64,000 nt of DNA from Trichoplax sp. H2 (lineage: Eukaryota), in assembly GCA_003344405.1 (NCBI GenBank), contig NOWV01000149.1:1-64000 (forward strand), written 5' to 3'. The first letter of the stretch is position 1. Each line of letters begins with the position of its first letter. The notes under the pieces were generated by a model. That model was not told where the DNA came from. It saw only the letters and a list, made by a program, of their open reading frames with translations, and did not search any database. Position numbers and translations under genes: made by a program. Below, piece by piece: positions 38,640 through 52,610 of this stretch.

Positions 38640-41600
38640 GGCTTTTAGTTTATTGTAATCGATTCAAATGGCAAATACAGTAATCCAGTGTAGGAGCCCA
38701 GATGTGTTCTCTTTCGTAGATTGGCTTTCGCATTTTTTTTTTTTTTTTCATTTGGACTTGTTGATAAAACGTCGTTATGGTGCCGACCTAATCCATAATA
38801 TTTAAGTTGCCTATACAGTATTCATTACTGAACTTCTATTTCTCTTTCTCGAAGTTATTAAAGCCGCTTTCGCTAGTGCTTGTTTGATGAACGATTGTTT
38901 GCGACATTGTTCACAAGTACAGCACTACAATAAATGAATAATATACTCGTACCCTAGTTATTTGAATGGAATTAAATTAAATGTGTCATCTAAGCAATAA
39001 TTGAATCATAGTAATTTATGTAATAGCTATTCTTTTGATTAATATGGATGCTGACTAGTAAGCTTCATTTTGTAGCTGATATTAAATGACTAGCTATGAA
39101 CTACCTATCATCTTCCGGCTTTCGTACTGGGAACGGCAACATTAATTTAAAAAAATGACAATGGTTTTAATTTGCATCAAAGTAAATAAGGTTAGCTCTA
39201 TGCCAGCGCAATCACGATTGCTGGACCGTCACTTTTGAAGTAATTGAAAATAAAACGGCATCATAGCTTAATCTTAAAGCTTCATCGCTACACTGTCCAC
39301 TAAGACATAGCGAAGTAGTTTGAACTGTACAGTACATTGGACGAATCTGTGGAATGCAACCGCTTTTTCTACGCAATTAATCGCCTATTTATTGGATGAT
39401 CAACTGCTTTCGGATGTCGGAGATACAGTACATAACAGCAAAAAAGTAGTCTTACAGACACTTGGAATTATGAAAACATTTTTATAGAAGCAGATTTAAA
39501 TGTAGATATCTTAGGACAGCTTTTAATACATCTATAGAATCTGTCACGTATTCATGTGTTTACAGAAGTTATTTATTTATGACACTGCAGCAATAGAAAT
39601 TTATTTGCATAGGCAAATATAAAACTAAATGGTGTTCATACTTGCTGTACGAATTGTGCCATAGCAATATACTGTACACTACGGTATACACTTTCTATCC
39701 GTGAAATACTTTTTCATATTTTGGATTTTCGAAAGGCTTTCGATAGGATAAAGTAGTCATCTTCTAAACCAAGGAGTAGGAAAGGCATGGTAGTTTTTAT
39801 TTTTTGCGCTAAAGCATGGTAATTAAAGTTGTGCTGTACCTTTAATTGCGTGTTTTAGATACACGTTCATTGTTGCTGACAAAGATATTTCGTATCATTA
39901 AATTTTCGACCAGCGTTGTAGACGAAGGAAGTGGATATTGCATTCTAAACGAGCGTTGACTCCTGTTAAAGCTTTTAGACTAATATCATTCCAATTTCCC
40001 ACGTACTGTACAGTATGTCTGTGCGTATAGCGTATTTGTAATAGATTATGTAAACATAGTATAGCGTGCGGCGTACGGTAAATTTCATCATGGAGTTCAT
40101 CAACATGTCTATATACGCTATTGCATTCAGTGTAATACTGTACCTGTCTATAGATTTTGTACTCCAGCTCATTTTTTATAACAAGTTCGATCAGCATTGC
40201 TCATTGTCAAAATACTTTACTGCTACTACGCGATTATTAATGAAAGCAATATCATACTGGTAGCACCTAAGTCGTACTACAGTTTAGATAATTTAAACTA
40301 CGTATTCAAGCTAAATTCAGGAGAAATACTGGCTATGGAGGACTTTCTAAAACCTTGTATGTCAATTTTATCGAAATCATATTGCTTACTGGCTTCATTG
40401 ACAAGATATACATACGATCTGCTAACTAGAGAACTATATAGTTTGCAATATGTTATTACTATTCTAGGTTACAAAACACATTTGTGTGAATACAGGAAAG
40501 TAACGAGTTTGTTGAACTACCTCCTTACATGCATTATAGCTATGCTATTAATTTTAGACTTAATCTATGACATTGTCACGATGCTGCGAAAGGTCATAAA
40601 AAAAAGAGTTGAGCCATATACTTTAATGATTTGCTGATTAGAATAATCAGCTGATATTCTAGTCATACTACAGCAATCGGACAAATGCATATCATAATTT
40701 ATATGCTACAATAGCTTAAGAACTACAAAGCTCTTAGCAAAACACGAACTCTAAAATAGTGTTGATTGCGAATCGTTTGAGATAGAAATGATTAAAATTT
40801 CTCAGGATATGCAATTGTTCAGAATTGCCTAACTATCATCCTATCGGTATTAAGATGCTCTATGTAGCATTTGAGAGAAGAAGTATCACTATAAACATTA
40901 TAGTTGAATATTCTACCAAGATCGCAAAATGCCAAGTTATCTGCATTGCGTGTATACGGATACTGTAGGTCGTTTATTGTTATCATTACTTACTACTATC
41001 TGGCTTTCCTTAAACTGTCATATCTAATTTTATATCTAGTCAACTAGTAAATTGTAAACAGTTTATCTCTTGCATCGAATTCTATATGAGCATCGCAAAT
41101 AAGCTATCGTCTGCACATTCTTCTACTATATGCTAAATTGTATATCGCACTAAACATGTATGGTGTAAGGTAGAATAGCATAAGGTTTCTTCAAGTCAAA
41201 TTCTTCTTACTTCAGGTTCTTGCTACAGTCTGCATATGCTGAATGTTTGTATATGTCATATTATACGCTTATATTGACTTGAATATTCGGGTAAGATATG
41301 TTTAATAATTTCAAATTACGTTAATTATCTGTAGCGTCAGAGTTTTATCGGGGTAATGAGTAGCGCTTTACATCGGCTAGATAGTTTTCAACAGTTTTAA
41401 ATTGATTGATTTTTCAACAAAATTTGACCTTTTGGTAACGTATTTGTAAAATTAAATTTTAGATATGCAACGTAGTTTACATATTATGATTATTGATAAG
41501 AATGCATATTACTTCAATTAATTCGACACCAGATCAATAATATGATATTTGCAGTTTCTTTATTAAGCTCCATTATTACATAATTATCATTTTCTTATTT

Positions 41601-42102
41601 GCTGTTGAGCAACGGTTGAGTTGTTTCGTTTAGGCTATCAACTTCTGATGGTAGAAGCGTTCCAGCTCTATAGTTGCAAATATTGAAATTAAATTTTATA
41701 TATTACCTTTAAATTGAAAACTTTATTTTAGTGATGCAAGAATAGTATAGATCTTATGTTCGCTTAGCTATAATGTACAGATATACCGTAGCATCAGGAA
41801 TTAAGTAAATTTATGTACATATCAATCTCATCGCCAGCTTGTGAATTCATATTTAATATACTACATTTAACGTATCTGATTATAGTTCACACAAAATTTA
41901 AGATGTCCTGTTGTCATATTAAGAGAAAAATAATTTTCCTGCTGTTCTTTAATGCAAATTTGCTAGCCTATACAATATATTTATTCTGAAAATACTATCG
42001 TATATGAATTCTCTAGTTTAATCTAAGGTGTGAGATACTGTATTGAAGCAATAAATATGATATTTTTGATAAGCTGATGGTACTGCTTTAAGAAATAGTA
42101 TT

Positions 42103-45100
42103 TTACGAGTATTTATGCCTGCACGACTTGTGTTTAATGCCAAAACAAAATCTCGCAGACAATTTTGTGCTTGTAAGTGTACTTAATTGTGAAACTTGCC
42201 CTATATCCTGTAAATATCTTTTTTCGTCTTTGCGATGAAAGTACCAAAGTACGGCATAAATAATGACCTGCATTCCTTTAAAAACAATCATAGTTATAAA
42301 CATATTCTTGCTCATATCTCTGTTGTCATACTGCCAGCAAAACTGATTATGATCACACTCAATGTTCCAGAGCGAACATGCTTTATCCATGACTATACCC
42401 AAGAATATTGGGCCTAGTAATCCTCCTATCATTCTTTTCATAAACCCCAATACTCCTAAAGCAAACGATACCTGGCTTTCCGGGACGTTCCTGCAGAGGA
42501 TATAAGAACTTTAGTACCTTAGTTACCGTTTCTAATTAAAATTTCACTTTATACATCTTTAATTGATATGTCGATTTTTCTCTTGCCAACGTAAGCATAA
42601 ATAGTAAGTACGTGGAACTATTTTTAGGGCTTACCTAAGGATGACTGTTAATGTTGGCGAATAAGAAATATAAGCAGCAATAACTGAAAAAGTTATACCG
42701 ATCATTAAAGCATATAAAGGTTGACAAATTGGAACTTGACAAAATCCTGGTGTAGCAGAAGGTACGCAAGTGCAATTTTTATAAACCTATTTTAAATACA
42801 GCAATAAAATATTGAAACTGTCTCAGTTTTCTGTTCTGTAAGTAAGATTGTGCAAGGCATAAAAGTATTGTATAGTCTTAGTGAATGGTTCATATGCTAT
42901 ACATTGAAATTTCAATTAATATTTAAGCTCTAGTATATTTATGTATCGTTTGTAATTACATTTAACCGTAAACAATGACTAGGATATTCACATTTTAACG
43001 TTGGTTAAAATACTTTGGGTGCGCTATTTTTCTCATTATTTTCCTTAATTCTACATATGCCAGTAAGCGAATTAAATATAAATATGAGTCTTCTAATGCT
43101 TTTAACGATTATTCGTAAAACATGATAGTTGGAATGCTATAGCACCATAAAGCAGTAATGTTGGTTTATTACTCCATAATTATAAGATAATTGCTTCTTT
43201 AGTTAGGTGTGGGTATAAGTTGATTTAACAAAAATCTGGATGCAGGGCGAATTCTAAAGATATTATATTTATTGAATATTCTGCTTACAAGGTTATTATT
43301 AAAATCAGATTCTTTTAAACTACTGCAGCCGGCATGGCAAGGGGATAAATAGGATATGCCATCACCACCGCATACAGGTTCAAATGGAACGGAATCGCAC
43401 AAACAGTGACTATTACATGCCGCCTTGTATGTTATATTGGCATACCTATTAATGAAAAGTCAATTATCTCAGATTTATGAATAATATCGCTCTCGTTATG
43501 ATAAATTTACATCTAATTATTTATTTCGATGTGCTATATTCTATTTTCACTTCCTAATGATAAGTAAGCTAAAGTGCTTAACTTACGTATTTAAAGGCAA
43601 TGAAATATCGATTTGTGAATTATTAAAATTATACGGGATATTCACACCAGCAATGGGTATGTTAGGACATGATATCAAGTATACCCCTCCTAGAAGAAAG
43701 TTACAAATACTTGTGAAGAAGCAAAATCTGGAAATTTGAGATCCTTTCAATTTCCAGCGTTTGATTACATAGCCACCCTGTCGAATATAATTATGATTAA
43801 GGTATCATTTGGTGATAAATCTTGTACAATGATGCCTGCATTTTGTATTGCAGTAAATTTTTTAAGAAGAATCGCTTTCTAGCAATTGATTAAGCAGATA
43901 TTGTTGCTTACCGCAACTTGGCCTACAGAGGCAATGAAAGAAATCAAACCACCACCGAGCATACTAGCTACCAACAACGAATAGCCTGTTTGGGCTTGAA
44001 TGTATTGAGGAAGAAACATTGTAAGACCATTGATAGCTACTTTATCCACAGTAATGCCGAAACTTGCAAACATAAAAATTTTATTGGATAACAACTGTTT
44101 GATTGCTTTTGGTAAATCGATCATACGATTTCCATACTGATAATCCATATGTTGAGTAGCCACTGTGGCTTCCTTAATTCTCTCTTGCCGTGTATTGTAG
44201 TATGATGGTAAATGGCGTGGAAATGCAAACACGAATAAAACTGTTAATGCAATTAGAACGACAATACCTAGATAATTAATCCACCAAGCTCCAACCCATG
44301 CAACGCTATTAGAAGTTAAACCTGTTCATGTTTAAAGAAAACATAAAATTATTGCATTATATCCCAAATATTACATATCATATAAGATTTAAAAGTATTT
44401 ACCAAACTTTTGCGATTATGAAATCATGATAACACAATCGATTAGCTATTACCAATTTTAAACTTACTGATCTGAAACTGTTAAATGTAAATCAATGAAT
44501 AATGTATTTGTCATGGGAGTCAAATGATTCATGTCTTGAGTGAGCTTACTATAATTATTATTTTACATCGTATCGACGATTTCTGATGTAAAAACAGCTT
44601 CTAGTCAGATTCATAATTTCTAATACTTGCAATCAATGAATGCATGTATTAAATTTTTGCATCATGTTCCGTAGGAAATTAAACTAATTAGAATGATAGT
44701 AGTAAGATGATGGGGCAGTGACAGAGATTACATATAGCAGTTCTTTCTAAATTATTCTACCAATTCATTCTGCGATATTGACACAGTTAACGGTTGTAGT
44801 ATCTGTAAATTTATTTACTATTGCTGGTGTATAGAATGGTGAAGCCTGGTGAAAGGAAATTTTTAGGTAGAACCATCATTTTCTCATTAATAACAGATTA
44901 ACATTATATTTCATTCATTATCATTCCTCCGTGGAGGTCGGTAAGTAAAGTACTAAAATATTCGATGGATTTTCCATACATATGCTACAGATACATTCTA
45001 TCGAAACGAAATAAATTACGATATAGAATGAATAGTACTGCACGGCATACATACTATCATAAACGTCCTATTTAGAATTTTAGTTAGTATCGTATCTACG

Positions 45101-45932
45101 TAATATCAATACCATTAGGTGGATCTTTAGGCCAATCAACGTATACATTTGTTAAAGCACCGCCAATAACATATCCTAATGTTGGACCGATAATGCTCAT
45201 CATATGAATAATACCAACGTATAACGGAGAGATAGTGGGGCTAACGTTTTCATCTAAATATGCTACACTTAAATTATATCGTGTAGCGTTACCTGCGCCA
45301 CATAAAATTTGTCCTAGGACGAATAAAAAGGGACAAATCCAAAATGTTGAAGGCTCATAACTTTTTGAACATTTTTCATCGATTGATGTTGTGTTGATGC
45401 TTCTATGGCATAAAGTTTTACCGCTATCATCTTCAAGATAATAGTAGTCATCGACAAGGAAATGAGGGGCTACAAACAACATTGTACCAACTATGTAGAG
45501 AAGTAAGCTATAGCCGATCCAACGACCTTTATGCTTTTGGCTAGCATAAAATGTTAACAAAATGCCATTAATTGCAGCGGAGATATCGGCAGAACTCATA
45601 ATAGCACCGACTTCTGTCGATGTCATATTATATCGTTTTTCCAAAATTGGAGCAATAACAGCTTTAAATCCGAGAAATGCTGTTCCGATTGTACTAAAAT
45701 AACATAGGATGATAAGTAACCAAAAAGAGTTATTAAATACTTGCAACCACTGTGGACGAAAGTATCCTAAGCCACATTCTGAAATTTCATCAAGTGAGTC
45801 AAGATCATCATGAAGATCATCATAATCGTCATCCTTGTCATTAAATTGTTGATTAGTGTCGCCAGCATTATTTGTATAGCTTATTTCTGATGGATGAATA
45901 GGTAAAATACTGCTCAGCTCCTCTTGAGACAT
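42103..45932 (-). CDS. Organic anion transporting polypeptide (SLCO/OATP family). Exons 45932-45113, 44321-43912, 43777-43587, 43445-43289, 42786-42635, 42490-42103
   Basis: CGLGYFRPQWLQ, LEKRY, HKGRWIG, AYLDENV..SPLY.GI..IGP.LGY..GG, signature WVGAWW, FPRHLP, Kazal-like CNSHCLC..FEPVCGGDGISYLSPCHAGC, GPI.LG..MDKAC.LW...C.....CWQYD. All five introns are GT-AG and in frame. Subfamily not assignable. Confidence 0.95.
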
Positions 45933-48900
45933 GATTCTTCATTTAATCTGTTACTATTTAGATGACATTTAACGATGGAAGTCAATTTAGATGTTATAAT
46001 ACCTCTAGGTCACTAGCCACGGACGTTTAGCGACTCTACAATTTAATATCCCATATATAAGAGTTGCAGAGCATGAAGTACTCGCATTAAATATTCTATA
46101 TTACTTGTATAAAGAAAAAAATGTTATTTTAGCTTGCACCTGCCAATTAAAAATTACCTTTTCATTGTAGTGATCTCAAGTAAACATAACAAAGCTTATT
46201 GCATTTCAGCATTAATTGTTCTTGTTACAACATCCACTGTTTTTAAAATAGCTGAATAAGATAGTGAAAATCGACTTAAAAAGTGTTAATTACATCTGTT
46301 CGAAATCATAATTGGAAAATAAATTCTAATTATCTGATATTAAACAGTTACTGTAACAAAGAAATAAATGATAAGCTGAATTTATATAGATTAATATAGT
46401 TTTTATATTTCTCTTATAGGTCAGTGAAATCTTGGATACCATCCCGATGCCGCATTTAAAGATCTGGTTGAGTGCTCAAGTATTAATGCAATCCTTGATT
46501 TGAAAGACCTTTGTTTATTGCGTCTAATATTCAAGGCAATGTATAGTCAAATTATTTTTATTATATCCTGGGCGCTCTGTTCTACAATCCTTATAAGCAT
46601 TTCTCTGACCTGTAATACACCACTCTATTGATATAAGGGTAGCGTGTATAAGTAACCTATGAAAAGTGAAACATAGGATAAACGTAAGCTGTTTTGTTGC
46701 GTTTAGAAGGATGTATTTTAGCCTAGTGAATTGGAATTTTTTAATTTGACAAAATTACAAGTTGATAAAACAGATTTGCAATATATCAGCATTTGCGGCT
46801 ATAATAATATTTACGAAAGATGTTATACTATATACCACATTGAAGGGAAATGAGCTACTTTTTAGAGGTCTTATTAATGCATATTTACAGTACAGTATTT
46901 ATTCTTATTTTAGATATCAATTTATATCCACGTATTGCTACCTGATCATTTTCTAATTATGTAATTATTAATGTTCTAATTATTCGTCCATTCATTATAG
47001 GTTAGGTTTTAAAACTCCGCGATGCAACGTTAGATGGCTCGTATCAGTTTCAAAAATTCATTCCAATCAAGTAATTTAAATTTGCCGTTACCAAAAAGCA
47101 ATCTTTAAGATCAAGTCATGTTAATCATGATTTGGAAAATAACGGTAACAATTTTGGCCATACTATCCTATCGATTCATAGACATTATTAAAAAGATTAA
47201 AGTAGCCATATAATAACGGATAAATTAATAATGAAGATTAGATTTTTCGAGATAATATATGTACTGTTCCAAAGGATTATTACTCTCTATAGTATTTGAT
47301 AGCATTATTTTACTTTAAATATGGTCATTTAATGTAAGCATAAGAAAGTGCTTTAGCGATAAAATTAGCAAGAATGAAAATTAATTATTTCGCTATGTAA
47401 ATAATATTTGAATAGCTAAAAGGTTTGATATCCCATTGTAACCACGAATCTTAAAATGAAGAAGATAACATATCATATTTGACAGTATAAAATGGATAAA
47501 AGCTTGTCATTAAATATACTTTTGAGAAACTAAGCTTAAGCAATGCTAACTATTTAAGTTGGAAAACTTGATTATTTGCGGTTCAGTGCAACATTAAACA
47601 GTATTTCAACTCCACGAGTGTCATTAGGCCTCATTTAAGGTTTATACTGGCCAATTGTAATCGGTATCGTAATTTGGATAGTAGTTTTATTTTAGCTAGA
47701 TTTTTTTCTCGTTTTTAGGCCTCTCATAATTAGAATAGATGATTCCTACAGTAGTGAAAATATATAGAGTGGCATAGTTCTTATTTGACGAAAGTTCTAG
47801 AATTTAATATTTTATGAAATTTATAAAACGCAAGCTATGTATACGATATAATAATAATCTTGTTGTTCTATACTCGGGATGTATAGATTTTAGCCATATC
47901 TTAATACATTACTAGCATTTCTGATTTTTCTAATTTTATCTGCTGAATAGGTTGGTACTTTAGCTGCCATATTATTAAAGCACAAACTTTACTAAACAAT
48001 GCAAACGTTCATACCTTGTGTCATATTTCAAATTTAATAAATCGAAATTTTAATCAGACAGTTACTTATTACTTTATGCTACCGACTAAAATTGGTCGAG
48101 ATAATCTTTCCACTTGAACTCCTGTAGTGGTAATGACAGGCTTTCCTTCTGTACTCAATTTCGCCTGTCTACATTTTTCGGTATTTTATGCTAAAGTGAA
48201 AAAGCATGAACAGTTAGCACTGTACCAAGGATCTGTACCTGGTTCAAGTTTTTTATAAATGCCGAGCAATTATCGTGTATGCTACAAACCATGTCTTGTA
48301 TTCTCAACTATATGCTATTGATATGATACTATTTATGTCTGTAGCCTGGGTTATAATTATCGCTTTATGTATTTTAATTCTGAAATACTGACAATTATAA
48401 TTAATGTCATATAACAATTTCTGAACTATAATGAGTAACAAATGAATAGAGACAAGAAATGATGATCTAAAAATAACATTTAATCCAGAACGACTACAAT
48501 AGACGCCGCTTTAGCTTATTAACCTAAACTATCAGAGAAAATTTTATTCAAAGATTGCGAGCAGTAAAGTCAATTTCTTGAAAAAGATTTCATTGTAGCA
48601 GTATGCTTCGGTTTTTATATATTTGTTAGTCTGAAATGTTATGTTGTAGTGTATGACGTTGACGATTTGAAACGTTGAATTGATGGTGTATAATCTCGAC
48701 GTATTATCATAGACGCCGACTCCCTGATGTGATTAATCTCAAAGATTTAAGGCATTGATAAATAAAGACTATAGTAAAGCCGCGTTTCTATACTCCTGCA
48801 AAGAATAAGCGTAGATTTGAATGTAGCTTAAATTAGATTAAGTAAGGATTATATTAATTATTATTAACATAGATATATCGCGTTATTACGCAAATGCCGG

Positions 48901-50411
48901 AAGTGTTGACATGATGATTTTCTTGATTTTATTATTTATATTCATTGTTTCTAGATATTAATTTCTAATCTCTTTGCTACAGTACTTCGTTTGTTATTGA
49001 TGAATTGCTGACAAATTTTATGATATTGTCTACAAGGAAATGAACAAGATTAAATCTATTGGATAACAGATTAGGCAAAGTCAATTGATTCATAGGCGTT
49101 GAGTTTATGCATGCACAAAATGTTCATTGCATGTTAATATAGGCATTTTAGTGCTTGTAGTGGTTAAAGATGAGCGAAAATGTTGGTAATGTATCCAACT
49201 TGCAAGTCATAAAGTCAGCGGAGATTTATTTGACGCTTTTACAGTGCAACAAGGCATCCGCTACTTCGAGAATATGAGAAAATTAATTATAGAACATAGT
49301 TGCTAATTGTAATACTGTAATAATTTCCGTATTCTGGTTATGATTGATAAATTCTATAATATAGTAATAACACGAATATATTGCCTATTGAAATCCAATC
49401 CATTGTTTTCCCATCCCGTTTTAAATTATGGGTAGATATAACTCAATAATGATTATCATATAATTCTACAACTGGAGGAATCATAACAATACTAGCTGTC
49501 GTTTAATTTACAATTGCAAGAGAAAAGTAGATGGCAGAACAATCAACAAGTTGACAGATCACAAGGTGGCAGATAATAATTCTATCTAATCTACCTTAGC
49601 ATTGTTTGATGCTATTCAAATCATATTAATCATTGTTATCTATCCTTATCATAATGCCCAATAGCATGTTGTGTATTTGATTGACTACCGAATTTAAATG
49701 ATAAATTTGTTTGTTTAATTAGTCGACTCGATTGTATATATTTACGCTATGTTCACCTTTCTGATGTGGCAGCAACACCCTCTCGACCAGTATAGTTTAC
49801 TACATCATCTTGGATTGACATATTGAAAAGTGGGCAGACATTAACAAGTACTAATACTTATGTTAAAAGGGATATATACCCAAGTTGAGAATAGTATTAT
49901 TGTGAAGTTGGGCATATTCCTGTTTAGTAAGGTCGTTAATGGATGTGTTTTGACCGATGGTATGTTTTACAGATGAAATGTTATGTAAAGTGTCTTCACT
50001 ATCTTGTATATAGCCGTAGAATAATAGTTTACCAATGGGATTACTTGCCTAGGTTAAAATATTGAACTGTTAACATTAACTTGAGAAACCGAACAAAATA
50101 TGGAAATTTGTATTCTTCCTAACCACGTTCTAGAATCACGAATAGTGATAGCCTTCTTTTTTTTTATTTAATTTAGCATTTAGGTGAACTGCTTTCCGCT
50201 GCTTTTACCCAAAGAGATTGGAAACTTGTACTTCATTTTTTTGCAAGTCATCAAGTAATTATAATCGGAAATGTGTCTTAGCTTGACCACCTAGCTAAAG
50301 ACCACTGCTAATGAACTGAAGAAGGAAAGAAAAACAATCTCTTCACGTACTGTATAAACTTATCATTTACGTCACAATTACAACCCTTCCATTCAGCCCA
50401 GATTAATCGAC

Positions 50412-51566
50412 ATGCAAGTTGTTGTTAAATCGCAATCAGGAAATTTACTGTTGCTCCAAGGTGAAGCCAACGATACTGTTCGTGATTTAAAGGAGAAGTT
50501 ATATTATCATGTACATAATCCGCCATCACAACAACGTCTAATCTATCGTGGTAAACAACTTGATGACGAAAAATTATTAACATCTTATTCTATTGCCAAT
50601 AATGCTTTAATTCGCTATTTACCAGTATCAAAGGAAGAAATTCGATTGAATTGCAACCTGTTTACGGGGCAGTTTCTATCGCTCAATGTTGAGTTAGATC
50701 AAAGCATTTGTCATGTTAAAGAACTGTTACATCAACAAACTAATATTCCTATGGAAAAACAACGATTACTATTAGCTAATAAGCAATTGAAAGATACGGA
50801 AACATTACGTTGTTATGGAATGCAAGAAAATGATACTATCAACATGGTATTGAAATTACCTCGTCGTATACCTTTACATATTAAAATGAATCATGATAAA
50901 ACTATAACTATTGAAATCGAATCGAATAGTACTGTCGCTGACATTAAAGAAGTGGTGTTTATTAATAATAATATGCCGCCAAATAAACAACGTTTAACGT
51001 ATAACGGGAAAGTCATGCTGGATTCAACAACAGTCGATGACTATGGTCTTAAAAATTATGATACTATCTACATGATACACCGTCGGAAATCACGAAATCA
51101 AGCCGTTATTGTTCAAATGGAAAATGATCAGACTTTAAGTGTACCAGCTAAAGAAGATTCTACCATTCAAGAAATTAAACATTTAATTGAAGAACAAACA
51201 AACATACCTTGGCGTCAACAACGATTATTACATGATGACGTTCTACTTAATAATTCCTCGACATTAGCTGATTGTCAACTGCAATTGCCTTGTCAATTGC
51301 AATTATTTTCATCAGATATCTTGCAGATTTATATACGACTTTCAGTGGGTAAGCAATTGTCACTGGAAGTCTTAGAAATGGATAAAATTTATGATATTAA
51401 AGGTAGGATTGAAGATAAAGAAGGCATATCTATTTTACAGCAAACATTACGATTTAAAGGTAAAATTTTGAAAGATCAAACCACTCTAAAGTCTTGTGAT
51501 ATCGGTAGTGGGTCTATTCTGCAACTTAAAATTAATGTAGATGATCGAAATTGTTGTGTTATGTGA
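50412..51566 (+). CDS. Penta-ubiquitin-like-domain protein, 384 aa, no Gly-Gly, C-terminal CCVM (CaaX/CCaX)
   Basis: Five ~75-aa units with ubiquitin-fold signatures (QQRLIYRGKQLDD, KQRLLLANKQLKD, KQRLTYNGKVMLD, QQRLLHDDVLLNN, QQTLRFKGKILKD; IKGRIEDKEGI); intronless; ends DRNCCVM*. Confidence 0.92.
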   Translation: MQVVVKSQSGNLLLLQGEANDTVRDLKEKLYYHVHNPPSQQRLIYRGKQLDDEKLLTSYSIANNALIRYLPVSKEEIRLNCNLFTGQFLSLNVELDQSICHVKELLHQQTNIPMEKQRLLLANKQLKDTETLRCYGMQENDTINMVLKLPRRIPLHIKMNHDKTITIEIESNSTVADIKEVVFINNNMPPNKQRLTYNGKVMLDSTTVDDYGLKNYDTIYMIHRRKSRNQAVIVQMENDQTLSVPAKEDSTIQEIKHLIEEQTNIPWRQQRLLHDDVLLNNSSTLADCQLQLPCQLQLFSSDILQIYIRLSVGKQLSLEVLEMDKIYDIKGRIEDKEGISILQQTLRFKGKILKDQTTLKSCDIGSGSILQLKINVDDRNCCVM

Positions 51567-51976
51567 GATATTTGCAAGGAAGGAAAGTATCTCACGGGTT
51601 ATATTCGTTATTGGTCGTCAATGTGAATCGATCGCTTATAGATGCTATTTTTGAATATAAGACTATCATGGATTTATGGCATCATTTAGATGAGGTAATA
51701 ACAGTTAGAATAGCATGTTCGATTGTAAATGTTCCTCTTCTATTGATTATAATAATAATAATGAGCTTGTTTCCTCTGCTGCGACATAAAAATGTTCATA
51801 TTATAATTCTAATGAAGACATATCATAAATAGGCTCAATAGTTCCATTAATAAGATTGCGGTTACAGATTAGTGGAGATTCGATTAATGCAAAGCCTAGT
51901 ATTGCAAGTGCAAGACGGCTTAATGTCAGAATTGCTCAATGCAATCGTGTGATAGGCTTGTATTTGATGAAATAAG

Positions 51977-52610
51977 AATTCGACTCCATCGGTAATTTTG
52001 TAATTAGGATATAACGATGGTATCATATCACCGAGGGTATAATAAATAGATACGAGTATATTACGAAGGATTGAAATTAGCACGATTATTACTGAATTAA
52101 TATGATTCTTGGGTGACTTGATTAATGTTATACTATATATTCATCTTATTTTATTGCTAATACTGAATTAAAGTGTTTCTCGCGTGGTATGATTAGCGTT
52201 ATGCCTAATGTTATTTCATGGCTAATAAATGGCTAAAATTTTACTAGCTAGAATTGGAGTCGATAAGTAATTTTGTAATTAGAATATAGCAATTCTATCA
52301 TATCACCTAATATATAATAAATAGATGAAAGTCTAAAGGATTACAATTACTATGATCTATGATGATAACTACTAAATTAGTATGATTTTCGTGTGACAAG
52401 ATTAGCGTTGTTTCGTGGCCAGTGAATGGCTAAAATTTTAATAGCTTGAATTTAGGTCTATCGTTAACTTTGTAATTAAGATATAACGATTGTATCGTAT
52501 TACTTAAGAGACAATAAATATATAGGATGATAGCTACTGAATGAATGTGATTCTTGCGTGGCAAGATTAGCGTTATTTCAGGGCCAGTAAATGGTTCAAA
52601 TTGGATTAGC
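51977..52610. repeat. Degenerate direct repeat, 3 copies of unequal length (~275, ~200, ~160 bp)
   Basis: Anchor taattttgtaatta.gatata.c.at..tatc.tat.ac at ~51993, ~52268 and ~52466; each copy ends with gattagcgtt..tttc.(t/g)ggc.a.t.aatgg.t.aaatt. Confidence 0.8.

Noticed and set aside
39898-40637. Cluster of overlapping 65-146 aa ORFs
   Set aside because: Mostly non-ATG starts, overlapping on both strands, no recognisable domain.
50412-51566. Canonical polyubiquitin precursor
   Set aside because: Units are highly diverged from ubiquitin and from each other, and lack Gly-Gly cleavage sites.
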